From Bacteroidota bacterium (lineage in GTDB: Bacteria > Bacteroidota > Bacteroidia > Chitinophagales > Chitinophagaceae), in NCBI GenBank assembly GCA_018268175.1, contig JAFDXB010000112.1, positions 1 to 36,416 on the forward strand: a DNA stretch of 36,416 nt, written 5' to 3'. Shown in pieces: positions 27,478 to 36,416 of the stretch. The notes beneath the pieces are model-generated. The model worked only from the letters and a program-made list of their open reading frames with translations. It was not told the origin of the DNA and made no database searches. A program made the position numbers and the translations under genes. Numbering within the stretch: the stretch's first letter is position 1; every line of letters starts with the position of its first letter.

Positions 27478-27478
27478 C

Positions 27479-27509
27479 AAAAAAACCGCAATAAGTTTGC
27501 GGTTTTTTT
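27479..27509. terminator. Bidirectional intrinsic terminator (tRNA / lytic transglycosylase)
   Basis: AAAAAAACCGCAA-taagt-TTGCGGTTTTTTT. Confidence 0.88.
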
Positions 27510-27570
27510 ATTTGGAAATGTTTTCTTGCTGTTAAGCAAAATCTTATTAATTTCTTTTAATCAAAAATAC

Positions 27571-28389
27571 CTAAGAGTTATTTATCCCATTAAACAAAGG
27601 ATTTACAGGCCGTGTAATTATTGTTGGTTCAAACCTTAATTCATTATTTAAAAATTTATCGTAATTATTAAATATTACATTAAGAGTAATAAAATTCATT
27701 ACATATAATCTTGTTTCTTTTGGAGCATACTTTTTAATATCCCAGAAAGAAGGATTAGCTAAACCGGTTCTTTTCATAGCCTTACGAACATTTCCAATTC
27801 CCCAGTTATAACTTGCTGCAATAAGTAACCAATCGTTGTTTAACTCTTTTGCCCTGTCTTTTAAATAGCGGGCGGCAACAGCAGTTGATTTTGCAAAATT
27901 TGTTCTTTCGTCAATTATTTTTTTTCCGCTTTTTCTTGCTTTCGCAGATGGAATTTTTAATCCATAATCTTTTGCAACTGCATCCATCAGTTGCCAGTAC
28001 CCCACAGCGCCGGCTCTTGAAACTGCCTTTCCGTTAAACTGGCTTTCTAAAGCCATGAGAATTTTAAATTCGTCAGGAATTTCATACTTTTCAAAAACCT
28101 TTGAAACCTTACTAAAATATTTCTCGCTTTTTTGATATATTCTTATCAGATAATTCCGGTTTTTTTCTGCAAATTTTTCAATATATTCCAAAGTGTGTTC
28201 CTGATGGCCATCAAAAATTTCAGGATAGTCAACGTTTATATCGTAAACTTCAGTAACCATGCGGGGCGCAATTGAGGCTACAATTATTTTTTTGGAAGTA
28301 TCTGCTAATTCCGCTTTAGCGGGAAGTGATATAACGGTTGAGAAAAGTGATAAAGATAAAAATGCTTTTATAAATTTTACTGACTTCAT
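27571..28389 (-). CDS. Lytic transglycosylase (SLT/GH23, MltD-like, no LysM)
   Basis: ALESQF catalytic Glu, SRAGAVGYWQLM, ASYNWG and PKETRLYV. The signal peptide starts at ATG 28389; a TAAGTTTG box lies at 28459-28466 (minus). Confidence 0.93.
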   Translation of the reverse strand: MKSVKFIKAFLSLSLFSTVISLPAKAELADTSKKIIVASIAPRMVTEVYDINVDYPEIFDGHQEHTLEYIEKFAEKNRNYLIRIYQKSEKYFSKVSKVFEKYEIPDEFKILMALESQFNGKAVSRAGAVGYWQLMDAVAKDYGLKIPSAKARKSGKKIIDERTNFAKSTAVAARYLKDRAKELNNDWLLIAASYNWGIGNVRKAMKRTGLANPSFWDIKKYAPKETRLYVMNFITLNVIFNNYDKFLNNELRFEPTIITRPVNPLFNGINNS

Positions 28390-28473
28390 AAGATTTTTCA
28401 ACGAACAAAATTCGCTTCCGAACTTTGTTATTATTTTTATTTTTAAATTGGATTTGCGCAAACTTAGAAAAAA

Positions 28474-30381
28474 ATGAGGCTTTTATTGGTTTTATTGATG
28501 CTTGTTAACGAAATTTTCGCACAGGGCATTGAATGCAAAGACTTTACATTCGAAAGAAATTATGCTTTAAAAAAAATGACTGCAAAAAGAACTCAGGCAT
28601 CATCAAACTTTAAAGTTCATTATTATGATTGTACCTTTTATATTGATCCTGCTGTTTATAACATTGCGGGCAATGTAAACGTTCACTTTAAAGCAACATC
28701 TAACCTTACAGAAATTAGCCTCGACCTTAACAACACACTTTTTGTTGACAGCATTATTTATAATGGTTTACAAATAAATTTTGCTCACGATGAAGATGTA
28801 TTAAATATTTTTTTTCCGGCAACAATTAACTCAGGTTCTTACGATAGCGTAAAGATTTATTATCATGGTATTCCTGAAAATTCAGGAAATGGATCGTTTG
28901 TAAAAAGTTCGCATGCAGGTAAGCCAATAATTTGGACATTAAGTGAACCTTATGGCGCAATGGACTGGTGGCCATGCAAAAACGGCCTTGAAGAAAAAGC
29001 AGATTCACTCGATGTGAGAATTATTCATCCATCAGCTTATAAAGCTGCAAGCAATGGTTTGCTGCAATCTGAATTGCAATATGATGCTTCAACTACAATT
29101 ACACATTGGAAGCACCGTTACCCTATTGCAACGTATCTTGTATGCCTTGCTGTAACGAACTATTCTGTGTTTACAAACACAGTTCAGTTGCAAACTGCGC
29201 AATTGCCGATGGTTACTTATTGTTATCCTGAACAATTAAATACATGGGTAAATTATTCGCCACCGGTTTTAGAACAATTAAAATATTTTGACAGCCTTAT
29301 ATCGCCGTATCCTTTTATAAAAGAAAAATATGGCCATGTTCAGTTTGGTTGGGGTGGAGGTATGGAACATCAAACTTCAACATTTATAATTACACCCAAT
29401 GAAAGCCTTATGGCGCATGAACTTGCACATCAATGGTTTGGAAACCTTGTAACGAATTATTCGTGGAAAGACGCATGGCTCAATGAAGGTTTTGCCACTT
29501 ACTTTGCGAATATATTTATGGAGAAGAAGTATCCTCAAAATATTTTGCGTAACCGCAGAATGGAAGTTGAAGATATAACATCTGAACCCGGAGGATCAGT
29601 ATTTGTTGATGATACAACAGATATAAACCGGATATTTTCATCACGGCTTACTTACAACAAAGGCTCACATCTTGTTTACATGCTAAGGTTTTTACTTGGA
29701 GATGAAGCCTTCTTTGCAGGTTTGAGATCCTACCTTTCAGACCCCGCACTTGCATATAATTTTGTTTCAACTCAAAATTTAAAAACCCATCTTGAAGCTG
29801 CTTCGGGAAAGGACTTAACAACATTTTTTGATCAATGGTATAAGAAGGAAGGCTATCCTTCGTATAAATTAAAATGGACGCAAATAAGTGGAAACACGGT
29901 GAAGATAATTGTTGACCAACAAACATCGCACCCTTCGGTAACGTTTTTTAAAATGCCGTTGCCGTTGAAATTTAAAAACAGCAATTCAGAAAAAACAATA
30001 ATTGTTGATTGTGAATATAACGCCCAACAATTTATAAAAGATATAGGCTTTGTAGCAGATACTGTTTTGATAGACCCCGACTACGTTTTAATTTCAAAAA
30101 ACAATGAGTCTGAAAAAATTGAGATATCGCGAGAATTGAATGGAATGGATATTTTCCCTAATCCGGCCTCAGATGTTGTAAATGTCCAATTGTATAATCT
30201 GGAATGCCCTCAGATTAAATGGGAACTTTATAATGATATAGGACAAATTGTAAAGAAGAGCACGATGAATGTATTTGTGAATGAAATTTTTCAAATTAAT
30301 ATCAGCAACCTAAGTAAAGGAGTTTATTTTCTGAAGGTAATTTGCGGTACTGATGTAAGAATTAAAAAAATTATTAAATAG
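28474..30381 (+). CDS. M1-family zinc aminopeptidase with T9SS type A C-terminal sorting domain
   Basis: GGMEH exopeptidase motif, HELAHQWFGN...WLNEGFA zinc motif, YNKG, and CTD IFPNPA...LSKGVYFLKV...KKIIK. Confidence 0.95.
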   Translation: MRLLLVLLMLVNEIFAQGIECKDFTFERNYALKKMTAKRTQASSNFKVHYYDCTFYIDPAVYNIAGNVNVHFKATSNLTEISLDLNNTLFVDSIIYNGLQINFAHDEDVLNIFFPATINSGSYDSVKIYYHGIPENSGNGSFVKSSHAGKPIIWTLSEPYGAMDWWPCKNGLEEKADSLDVRIIHPSAYKAASNGLLQSELQYDASTTITHWKHRYPIATYLVCLAVTNYSVFTNTVQLQTAQLPMVTYCYPEQLNTWVNYSPPVLEQLKYFDSLISPYPFIKEKYGHVQFGWGGGMEHQTSTFIITPNESLMAHELAHQWFGNLVTNYSWKDAWLNEGFATYFANIFMEKKYPQNILRNRRMEVEDITSEPGGSVFVDDTTDINRIFSSRLTYNKGSHLVYMLRFLLGDEAFFAGLRSYLSDPALAYNFVSTQNLKTHLEAASGKDLTTFFDQWYKKEGYPSYKLKWTQISGNTVKIIVDQQTSHPSVTFFKMPLPLKFKNSNSEKTIIVDCEYNAQQFIKDIGFVADTVLIDPDYVLISKNNESEKIEISRELNGMDIFPNPASDVVNVQLYNLECPQIKWELYNDIGQIVKKSTMNVFVNEIFQINISNLSKGVYFLKVICGTDVRIKKIIK

Positions 30382-30382
30382 A

Positions 30383-31147
30383 ATGGCGAGGAAAAAAGGG
30401 AAGACCTGGCTTCCTGTGGTGGTAACTTTTGTGGCAATAGCATTTGTGGCAGCAGCATTTTTTTATGTTCGGAACCTGAATTTTATTACCGGAGCAAAAA
30501 CAAAATTTAAAGATTTTGGAATATATATTCCGCAGCAATATTCTATTCATGGAATTGATGTAAGCCGCTATCAAAAAGGCATTTCCTGGGATATGGTGAG
30601 TATTATGGAAGATGAAGGTGTAAAAATCGGCTTTGCATTTCTGAAAGCAACAGAAGGTATTTCAATTTATGATCCCAGGCATTATTACAATTATAAAAAT
30701 GCCAAGATGCATGGGCTCACCTGCGGAGCTTATCATTATTTTAAGCCGAATATAGACGGGAAACTGCAGGCTGATTTTTTTTATAATAATGTAAACCTGG
30801 AAGCAGGAGATTTACCGCCAGTTTTGGATGTAGAAGAAACCGGAAGTGTAAGCAACAAAGTTTTTATAGCACGGGTTGGGGAGTGGCTTAAGGTTACCGA
30901 AAAGAACTTTGGAGTAAAGCCAATAATTTATACAAATGCACACATGTATAACAAATATTTTTTAGGAAAATTTGATGATTATCCTTTGTGGATTGCTCAC
31001 TATCAAACCAATACACCGGCAGTGATGCGCAAATGGGATTTTTGGCAACACAGTGAAACCGGCCGGGTTAATGGGATAAATGCAAAGGTTGATTTTAATG
31101 TATTTTCAGGCGACAGTTCTGAATTCAGGAATTTACTTATTAAGTAA
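30383..31147 (+). CDS. GH25 muramidase (lysozyme M1-like) with N-terminal membrane anchor
   Basis: GIDVSRYQ, KATEG, GAYHYF, LPPVLDVE, LWIAHY, FWQHS and VDFNVF. Confidence 0.95.
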   Translation: MARKKGKTWLPVVVTFVAIAFVAAAFFYVRNLNFITGAKTKFKDFGIYIPQQYSIHGIDVSRYQKGISWDMVSIMEDEGVKIGFAFLKATEGISIYDPRHYYNYKNAKMHGLTCGAYHYFKPNIDGKLQADFFYNNVNLEAGDLPPVLDVEETGSVSNKVFIARVGEWLKVTEKNFGVKPIIYTNAHMYNKYFLGKFDDYPLWIAHYQTNTPAVMRKWDFWQHSETGRVNGINAKVDFNVFSGDSSEFRNLLIK

Positions 31148-31207
31148 CAACTCTAAGGTACAAACGTTTTAATAATATATAAGCTTAATCACTTGATAAG
31201 GCAGGTA

Positions 31208-31340
31208 ACCACGAAGTTTCAAAGGAATTGCACAAAGTTCACGAAGTTTATAAAAATATCTGCGTCAATCTCAAGCCCCGGCGGGGGGAAATATTAATAG
31301 CCAACAAATCCAAAATACATCATAGCTCCGGAGGAGCGAT
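31208..31340. repeat. Cluster of REP-like short repeats/palindromes
   Basis: CAC(G/A)AAGTT three times (31210, 31231, 31240) and two related hairpins AGCCCC-GGC-GGGGGG (31274) and AGCTCC-GGA-GGAGCG (31324). Confidence 0.6.
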
Positions 31341-31371
31341 ACAAAGTGTAAAGGTTTAAGGAAGGAAAATT

Positions 31372-33207
31372 TTAGTAACCTCGTTTATTTTTTCCTTCCA
31401 TAAAATTCATAAAGGCACGGTTACACACCTTGTTACCACCTTGCGTTGGATAATTGCCTGTAAAATACCAATCACCTAAATTGTTAGGGCATGCGCTGTG
31501 AAGGTCTTCAATTTTTTGGAATATAACACTAATGGGCAAACGAATATCTTCAGGAGTAATAAGTTCTGAAATTTTATTTGTTATTTCTTCGGTTGAAAAC
31601 GGTTTGTAAAGTTGTTTAACAAGATTTTCATTTTGAAGTTCGCCTTTGCTCTCGAGTTGTTTACAACGATCAAAAACTTCTGTTAACAAACCTTCCATCT
31701 TTCTTTCCTTAATGAGAGCCAGCACAGCTTTAAAGGCAATAAAATCACCAATCTTGCTCATGTCAATTCCATAGCAATCGGGATATCTTATCTGCGGAGC
31801 AGAAGAAACGATGATAATTTCTTTTGGCTTAAGGCGGGCCAACATACGCACAATACTTTCTTTTAATGTTGTACCGCGAACAATACTGTCATCAATTACC
31901 ACAAGGGTATCAATTCCTTTGCGTACAGTGCCGTATGTGATATCATAAACGTGCTGCACCATTTCATTGCGGCTGTTATCTTCTGTAATAAAGGTCCGCA
32001 ACTTCACATCTTTAATTGCAATCTTTTCAACTCTGATGCGGCGGTTTACCATTTCCGAAAGTTTTTCCTCATCAATATTTCCATTCCACGACAAAATCCT
32101 TTCGATCTTAATTTTATTCAGGTAATCTTCAGCGCCTTTTATCAGGCCATAGAAGGCCGTTTCCGCTGTATTCGGAATGAATGAAAAAATTGTATTTTTC
32201 AAATCGTATTCAATAGCTTTTAAAACTGTTGCGCTTAAATTATAACCGAGGGCAATTCTTTCCTTATAAATTTTTTCATCGCTGCCACGGCTGAAATAAA
32301 TTCTTTCAAAACTACAGGCCTTACGTTCAAGAGGAGGAACAAGTTGAATAATTTTAAATGAGCCGTCGGCTTTTGCAATCAGGCTTTCTCCGGGATTTAG
32401 TTCCTTAACCTCGTTTTCATCAAGATTGAACGCCGTTCTTATTGCGGCTCTTTCACTTGCAGCCACTATAACTTCATCATTTATAAAATAATAAGCGGGA
32501 CGAATTCCATGAGCATCGCGAAATACAAAACCATCACCATTGCCAATAACTCCTCCAACATGATAACCTCCATCAAATAATTTAATTGATTTTCTCAGAA
32601 CATTTTCAATATTAAGTTCTTCGGGATGAGCTTCATCTTCTTCTACTATATTCTTATGTATAACTTCCAGCATTGCTGCCAAATCACTTTCACAAAAATC
32701 CTGATCAAAATTTCTTAAAATCTCTTCAGTGTTTACAATATTAAAATTTCCCGCAAGGGCAATGTTCCTTGAAGGTATAGTATTGCGTTTTACAAACGGA
32801 TGGCAAAATTCAAGATCATTTTTTCCTTGTGTTCCATACCGCAAATGCCCTAAAAGCACTTCGCCTAATACATTAATATGGCCTTTCATTAAGCCCGGAT
32901 GATTTTTAATTTCCGGCTGATACTTTTCAACTTCATTTATTTCACTCCATATTTGCGAAAAAAGATCCGACAATGACTGTTTTGAATTATTGCGAAGCCT
33001 GTACATAAATGGATACCCGGGTTCTGTATTTACTTTTACAGTTGCAATGCCGGCACCATCCTGGCCTCTGTTATGTTGCTTTTCCATTAAAAGGTAAAGC
33101 TTATTGAGGCCATACAGAACAGTTTTATATTTTTGTTGATAATAGCTGAAAGGTTTCCTCAGCCTGATAAAAGCAAGACCACATTCATGTTTTATTGCGT
33201 CACTCAT
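31372..33207 (-). CDS. purF: Amidophosphoribosyltransferase
   Basis: MSDAIKHECG, QHNRGQDGAG, GHLRYGT, CSFERIYFSR, PRPP-binding VIDDSIVRGTT and YGIDM. Confidence 0.96.
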   Translation of the reverse strand: MSDAIKHECGLAFIRLRKPFSYYQQKYKTVLYGLNKLYLLMEKQHNRGQDGAGIATVKVNTEPGYPFMYRLRNNSKQSLSDLFSQIWSEINEVEKYQPEIKNHPGLMKGHINVLGEVLLGHLRYGTQGKNDLEFCHPFVKRNTIPSRNIALAGNFNIVNTEEILRNFDQDFCESDLAAMLEVIHKNIVEEDEAHPEELNIENVLRKSIKLFDGGYHVGGVIGNGDGFVFRDAHGIRPAYYFINDEVIVAASERAAIRTAFNLDENEVKELNPGESLIAKADGSFKIIQLVPPLERKACSFERIYFSRGSDEKIYKERIALGYNLSATVLKAIEYDLKNTIFSFIPNTAETAFYGLIKGAEDYLNKIKIERILSWNGNIDEEKLSEMVNRRIRVEKIAIKDVKLRTFITEDNSRNEMVQHVYDITYGTVRKGIDTLVVIDDSIVRGTTLKESIVRMLARLKPKEIIIVSSAPQIRYPDCYGIDMSKIGDFIAFKAVLALIKERKMEGLLTEVFDRCKQLESKGELQNENLVKQLYKPFSTEEITNKISELITPEDIRLPISVIFQKIEDLHSACPNNLGDWYFTGNYPTQGGNKVCNRAFMNFMEGKNKRGY

Positions 33208-33246
33208 GTGTGTAATTGAAGATGCAAATTAATTTATTAGTGCAAC

Positions 33247-33278
33247 AAAAAAGCCTTTGAAAAATTCCAAAGGCTTTT
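33247..33278 (-). terminator. Intrinsic terminator of the beta-barrel gene
   Basis: Inverted repeat AAAAGCCTTTG...CAAAGGCTTTT with a T run on the minus strand, just after the stop. Confidence 0.8.
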
Positions 33279-33282
33279 AATA

Positions 33283-33993
33283 TTATAAACCGCTAATAGT
33301 GAGGCCAACCTGTAACGTATTTATATCAGGCGCCACGCCGTCTTTAAACAAATTAGTAAAGGCATACGATCCGAATAAAGAAAAAATACCATAACCAACT
33401 CTTGCTGTTCCCGAAATGCGGGTGTTGTTAAAGAATGATTTTGATGAAAGTTTTTCTGTGTAATTCCTGATTAAATCTCCGTTAGCATTCCTCAATATCT
33501 TGCCTTTAGTTTGTGCTTTCAATAAAGCACCACCTTTCACGCCAAGTGCAATTTTTACAGCTTTATTAGGATTTTTAGGATCGCTCATAAACCTAAACTC
33601 CAATGGAACTTCAACATAAGTAGTTGCAAGTTTATATTTTTTAAAACTATTAGTTGAATCAAGATTGGTAAAAGGCAGAGTACCGTTATTGCTTGTAATG
33701 TCAACACTCATTTTTTTAAACATTATATTACCGGTGGAAATTCCAATTCCAAGTGCTGCACTAAATTTTGGATTGCCTTTAAAAGGTTTGTCAAACATGG
33801 CATAAACATTCAGGCCGCGGCTAAATCCTTTTATATGGTCTTTAATACTATCAGGAGCACCAATCCAATGATCTGAGCTCAATTGAATCAAGAGGTGGTC
33901 AGCAGGCCTGTTTGGCAGATTTAAAGATTTCTTCTGGCTGAAAGCCGAAAATGACACCAATAATAAAATGGTAAATAAAATATTCTTTTTCAT
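33283..33993 (-). CDS. Outer-membrane beta-barrel (porin-family) protein
   Basis: Signal peptide from ATG 33993 (MKKNILF...AFSQ), YVEVPLEFRF, ARVGYG and a terminal amphipathic strand. TAAATTTG and TACATTTG boxes upstream. Confidence 0.82.
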   Translation of the reverse strand: MKKNILFTILLLVSFSAFSQKKSLNLPNRPADHLLIQLSSDHWIGAPDSIKDHIKGFSRGLNVYAMFDKPFKGNPKFSAALGIGISTGNIMFKKMSVDITSNNGTLPFTNLDSTNSFKKYKLATTYVEVPLEFRFMSDPKNPNKAVKIALGVKGGALLKAQTKGKILRNANGDLIRNYTEKLSSKSFFNNTRISGTARVGYGIFSLFGSYAFTNLFKDGVAPDINTLQVGLTISGL

Positions 33994-34063
33994 ACATTTT
34001 TGATGCGGCAAATTTAGGCGCCGTGTCGTTAAATAAAATATAAGGCGTGCAAATGTAGGAATT

Positions 34064-35425
34064 TTATTTCGGCGTTTTATTGGAGGTATTAAATAAAAGC
34101 TTCATCCTTTTTGAAACTTTAAAAAACCTGCTGCTTAAGAATATTGCAGAAAATGTAAGCCCGGCAATAAAACCGGTCCATATTCCGGCGGCACCCATTT
34201 TATAATAAAACGCAAGCAGGCAGCCCAAAGGCAACCCTACAACCCAATAAGCAATTGCAATAAACCAGGTTGGCACTTTTACATCTTTTATACCGCGCAA
34301 TAAACCGGCAGAAACAGCTTGAACGCTGTCAGAAATTTGAAATAATGCTGCAAATAATAATAAATAGCCTGCAATTTCAATTACCTGAGCATTTTTATTA
34401 AAAATAAATGGAAGTTGGTTTTTAAATACTATGAATGTTATAGCGCACAAGCTTCCATAAACAAGAGCCATTAAAATTGCTCCTTTGCCAATAATATTTA
34501 TTGCATTAAAATTTTGCCGTCCTAAAGCATTGCTTGTTCTTATTGAGGCTGCTTGTGAAAGGCCCATTGACACCATAAAAGTAAGCGAAGCCATGCTCAA
34601 CGCAATTTGATGCGCCGCCTGGTCAATTGCACTTATTGTTCCAATTAAAACGCCCGACATTGCAAATGCCCCGGCTTCCATTGATATTTGAAAACTTGCA
34701 GGTACTCCAATTTTTAAAAGGTCTTTAATTGTTGCCAATCGCAATTTCCATTCATTTTCGCGAACTGCAATGTACCGGCGAAACTTGCCATGGTAAAGGA
34801 TTATAAGGCCAAGGGCAATAAATATTGCTGTTCTTGTAATAAGTGTTCCTAAGCCCGCTCCAATAAGCTCGAGGCGTGGGAAACCCCAGTTGCCATAAAT
34901 TAAAAGCCAGTTTAAGAAGAAATTAAGGGGCAATGAAATAATTGATAACATCATTGCGGTTTTGGTATGTTCCAGCCCATCTGTAAATTGCTTCAATGCC
35001 ATAAACATAATCATCGGAATAACCGAAAGGCCCATCAGTTGCAAATACGGTAAGGCAAGTTTTGCAACCTCAGCATCCTGATCTAAATGAAAAATAATAT
35101 TCTTTCCGGCCTCAAGGCCGAATGAAATAAGAATTGCTGCGGCGGCACAAAGCCAGAAACCATTGTATAAATAATGGCTTACAAGCTTTTTATTATTTTG
35201 TCCGCTTGCCAGCGATACCATTTGAGAAACTGAAATAGTTATTCCTATACCGAACACAAATGGAATGTTTATTACGTTCATAACTAAGGCAGATGCAGCG
35301 AGTTGTTTATACCCAATTGCACCAACCATAGCAGTGTCCATAATATGTAAAAACATTTGCGCCAACTCTCCAAAAATTATTGGGAAAGCTAGTTTTAATG
35401 TTTTTTTCGATTCGCTTAAAACCAT
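34064..35425 (-). CDS. MATE-family efflux transporter (NorM-like)
   Basis: LKLAFPI, DTAMVG, LNWLLIYGNWGFPRLELIGAG, AAHQIA, FQISDSVQ and GLLRG; about 12 transmembrane helices. Start could be 35425 or 35455. Confidence 0.94.
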   Translation of the reverse strand: MVLSESKKTLKLAFPIIFGELAQMFLHIMDTAMVGAIGYKQLAASALVMNVINIPFVFGIGITISVSQMVSLASGQNNKKLVSHYLYNGFWLCAAAAILISFGLEAGKNIIFHLDQDAEVAKLALPYLQLMGLSVIPMIMFMALKQFTDGLEHTKTAMMLSIISLPLNFFLNWLLIYGNWGFPRLELIGAGLGTLITRTAIFIALGLIILYHGKFRRYIAVRENEWKLRLATIKDLLKIGVPASFQISMEAGAFAMSGVLIGTISAIDQAAHQIALSMASLTFMVSMGLSQAASIRTSNALGRQNFNAINIIGKGAILMALVYGSLCAITFIVFKNQLPFIFNKNAQVIEIAGYLLLFAALFQISDSVQAVSAGLLRGIKDVKVPTWFIAIAYWVVGLPLGCLLAFYYKMGAAGIWTGFIAGLTFSAIFLSSRFFKVSKRMKLLFNTSNKTPK

Positions 35426-35472
35426 AGAAGAATGTAAAATTATACTGTGTAGCATAAAATAATTTTATTTTT

Positions 35473-36416
35473 ATGATTATGCAGCTATATTTTTATTTAA
35501 CCGGTTTTTTAATTCTTGTAGTAATAATCCTTTTAATTTATATAGTTCAAAAATTAGGATTTTACGAAAAATCATTGAAGGCATTTGAAGATAGCAGAAG
35601 GGAAATAGTTACAACCCTGGCATCGGGCAGGGAAGAAATGAACAACACTCTTTTTAAGATGTTAACTGCTCAAAATCAAGCCACCACTAATTTGGATGCA
35701 AGGCTTTTGGACATTCTCAATAAGATTGATCAAAATCTTTCATCGGGAAGAAAAGCAATGGTTGAAATTTCAGAACTTACTTCAAGGCAACTTTCTACTT
35801 TTGGAAATCAAACATCAGAATCACTTAAAAACTTTCAAGCTTCCCTTGAAACAAATATTAAATCTCTCAACGATTTGCAAAGGGAAAAGTTTGCAGCAAT
35901 GGATATAAAGCAAAGCGAACTTATAAAAGGAACAGAACAAAAGCTTGAAATAATAAGAAATACAGTTGAAGAAAAACTTGAAAAAACTTTAAATGAAAGA
36001 TTGGGGCAAAGTTTTGAAACCGTGGGTAAACAATTGATAGAAGTGCAAAAAGGCCTGGGTGAAATGCAAACTATTGCGCAGGATGTTGGCGGATTAAAAA
36101 AAGTATTAAGCAATGTAAAACTTAGAGGTGGAATAGGAGAGGTTCAATTGGCAATGCTTCTTGAGCAAATACTTGCTCCTAATCAATATAAGGCTAACGT
36201 AAAAATAAGCCCGTCTCGAAATGAAATTGTTGAATTTGCAATTTTACTTCCCGGCAGGGCAGAAGACGAAAACACTATTGTTCATTTGCCTGTTGATGCT
36301 AAATTTCCAAAAGATGTTTATGAGAACATGCTTAATGCTTATGAAACCGCGATTGTAGAAGATATAGAAACGGCATCAAAAGTATTGGAGTCAACTATTA
36401 GAAAAATGGCAAAAGA
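35473..36416 (+). CDS. rmuC: DNA recombination protein RmuC, 3' end runs off the window
   Basis: Not in the ORF track; translated by hand. N-terminal transmembrane segment, coiled coil, TVEEKLEKTLNERLGQSF, LSNVKLRGGIGEVQL and LPVDAKFP. Confidence 0.93.
   Translation, partial: MIMQLYFYLTGFLILVVIILLIYIVQKLGFYEKSLKAFEDSRREIVTTLASGREEMNNTLFKMLTAQNQATTNLDARLLDILNKIDQNLSSGRKAMVEISELTSRQLSTFGNQTSESLKNFQASLETNIKSLNDLQREKFAAMDIKQSELIKGTEQKLEIIRNTVEEKLEKTLNERLGQSFETVGKQLIEVQKGLGEMQTIAQDVGGLKKVLSNVKLRGGIGEVQLAMLLEQILAPNQYKANVKISPSRNEIVEFAILLPGRAEDENTIVHLPVDAKFPKDVYENMLNAYETAIVEDIETASKVLESTIRKMAK

Noticed and set aside
31208-31340. CRISPR array
   Set aside because: The repeats are too short and irregular, there are no constant-length spacers, and no cas genes are present.
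27404-31371. tRNA-anchored genomic island or prophage lysis module
   Set aside because: No integrase, no duplicated tRNA 3' end seen, no holin or phage genes, and no obvious composition shift.
7572-36113. Other short ORFs in the track lying antisense to or out of frame within uvrB, typA, rpoN, hflX, surA, infB, nusA, rimP, purF, MATE and rmuC
   Set aside because: They lie largely or wholly inside well-supported genes and show no independent coding signal.

Overview
AT-rich chromosomal segment of a Bacteroidota bacterium, most likely Chitinophagaceae-like. This is inferred from TAnnTTTG promoter boxes, a T9SS C-terminal sorting domain, a lipoprotein TamL and a Bacteroidota-type PurF. The left ~12 kb is a general-stress/DNA-repair cluster. 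It holds a tightly coupled minus-strand operon (SDR oxidoreductase - topoisomerase IB - Ku - stand-alone LigD 3'-phosphoesterase, with no ligase or polymerase module in the window), followed by tamB-tamL, plus a divergent PNPOx-like gene and an esterase. Three transcription units of this cluster carry a sigma-54-like GGYAY-N5-TT motif 26-30 nt upstream of their start codons. The remainder is mostly core genome: uvrB, typA, rpoN, hflX, surA, infB, nusA, rimP, a HAD phosphatase, tRNA-Ile2(CAU), a lytic transglycosylase, an M1 aminopeptidase, a GH25 muramidase, purF, an outer-membrane beta-barrel, a MATE transporter and a partial rmuC. Notable non-coding signals are a compact H-type pseudoknot 6 nt before the nusA start codon, an attenuator-like hairpin in the rimP leader, a candidate sRNA at ~16.7-16.85 kb and a cluster of REP-like repeats at ~31.2-31.3 kb. 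No CRISPR array, IS element, integrase or prophage was seen. All calls come from reading motifs by eye; no searches were run.
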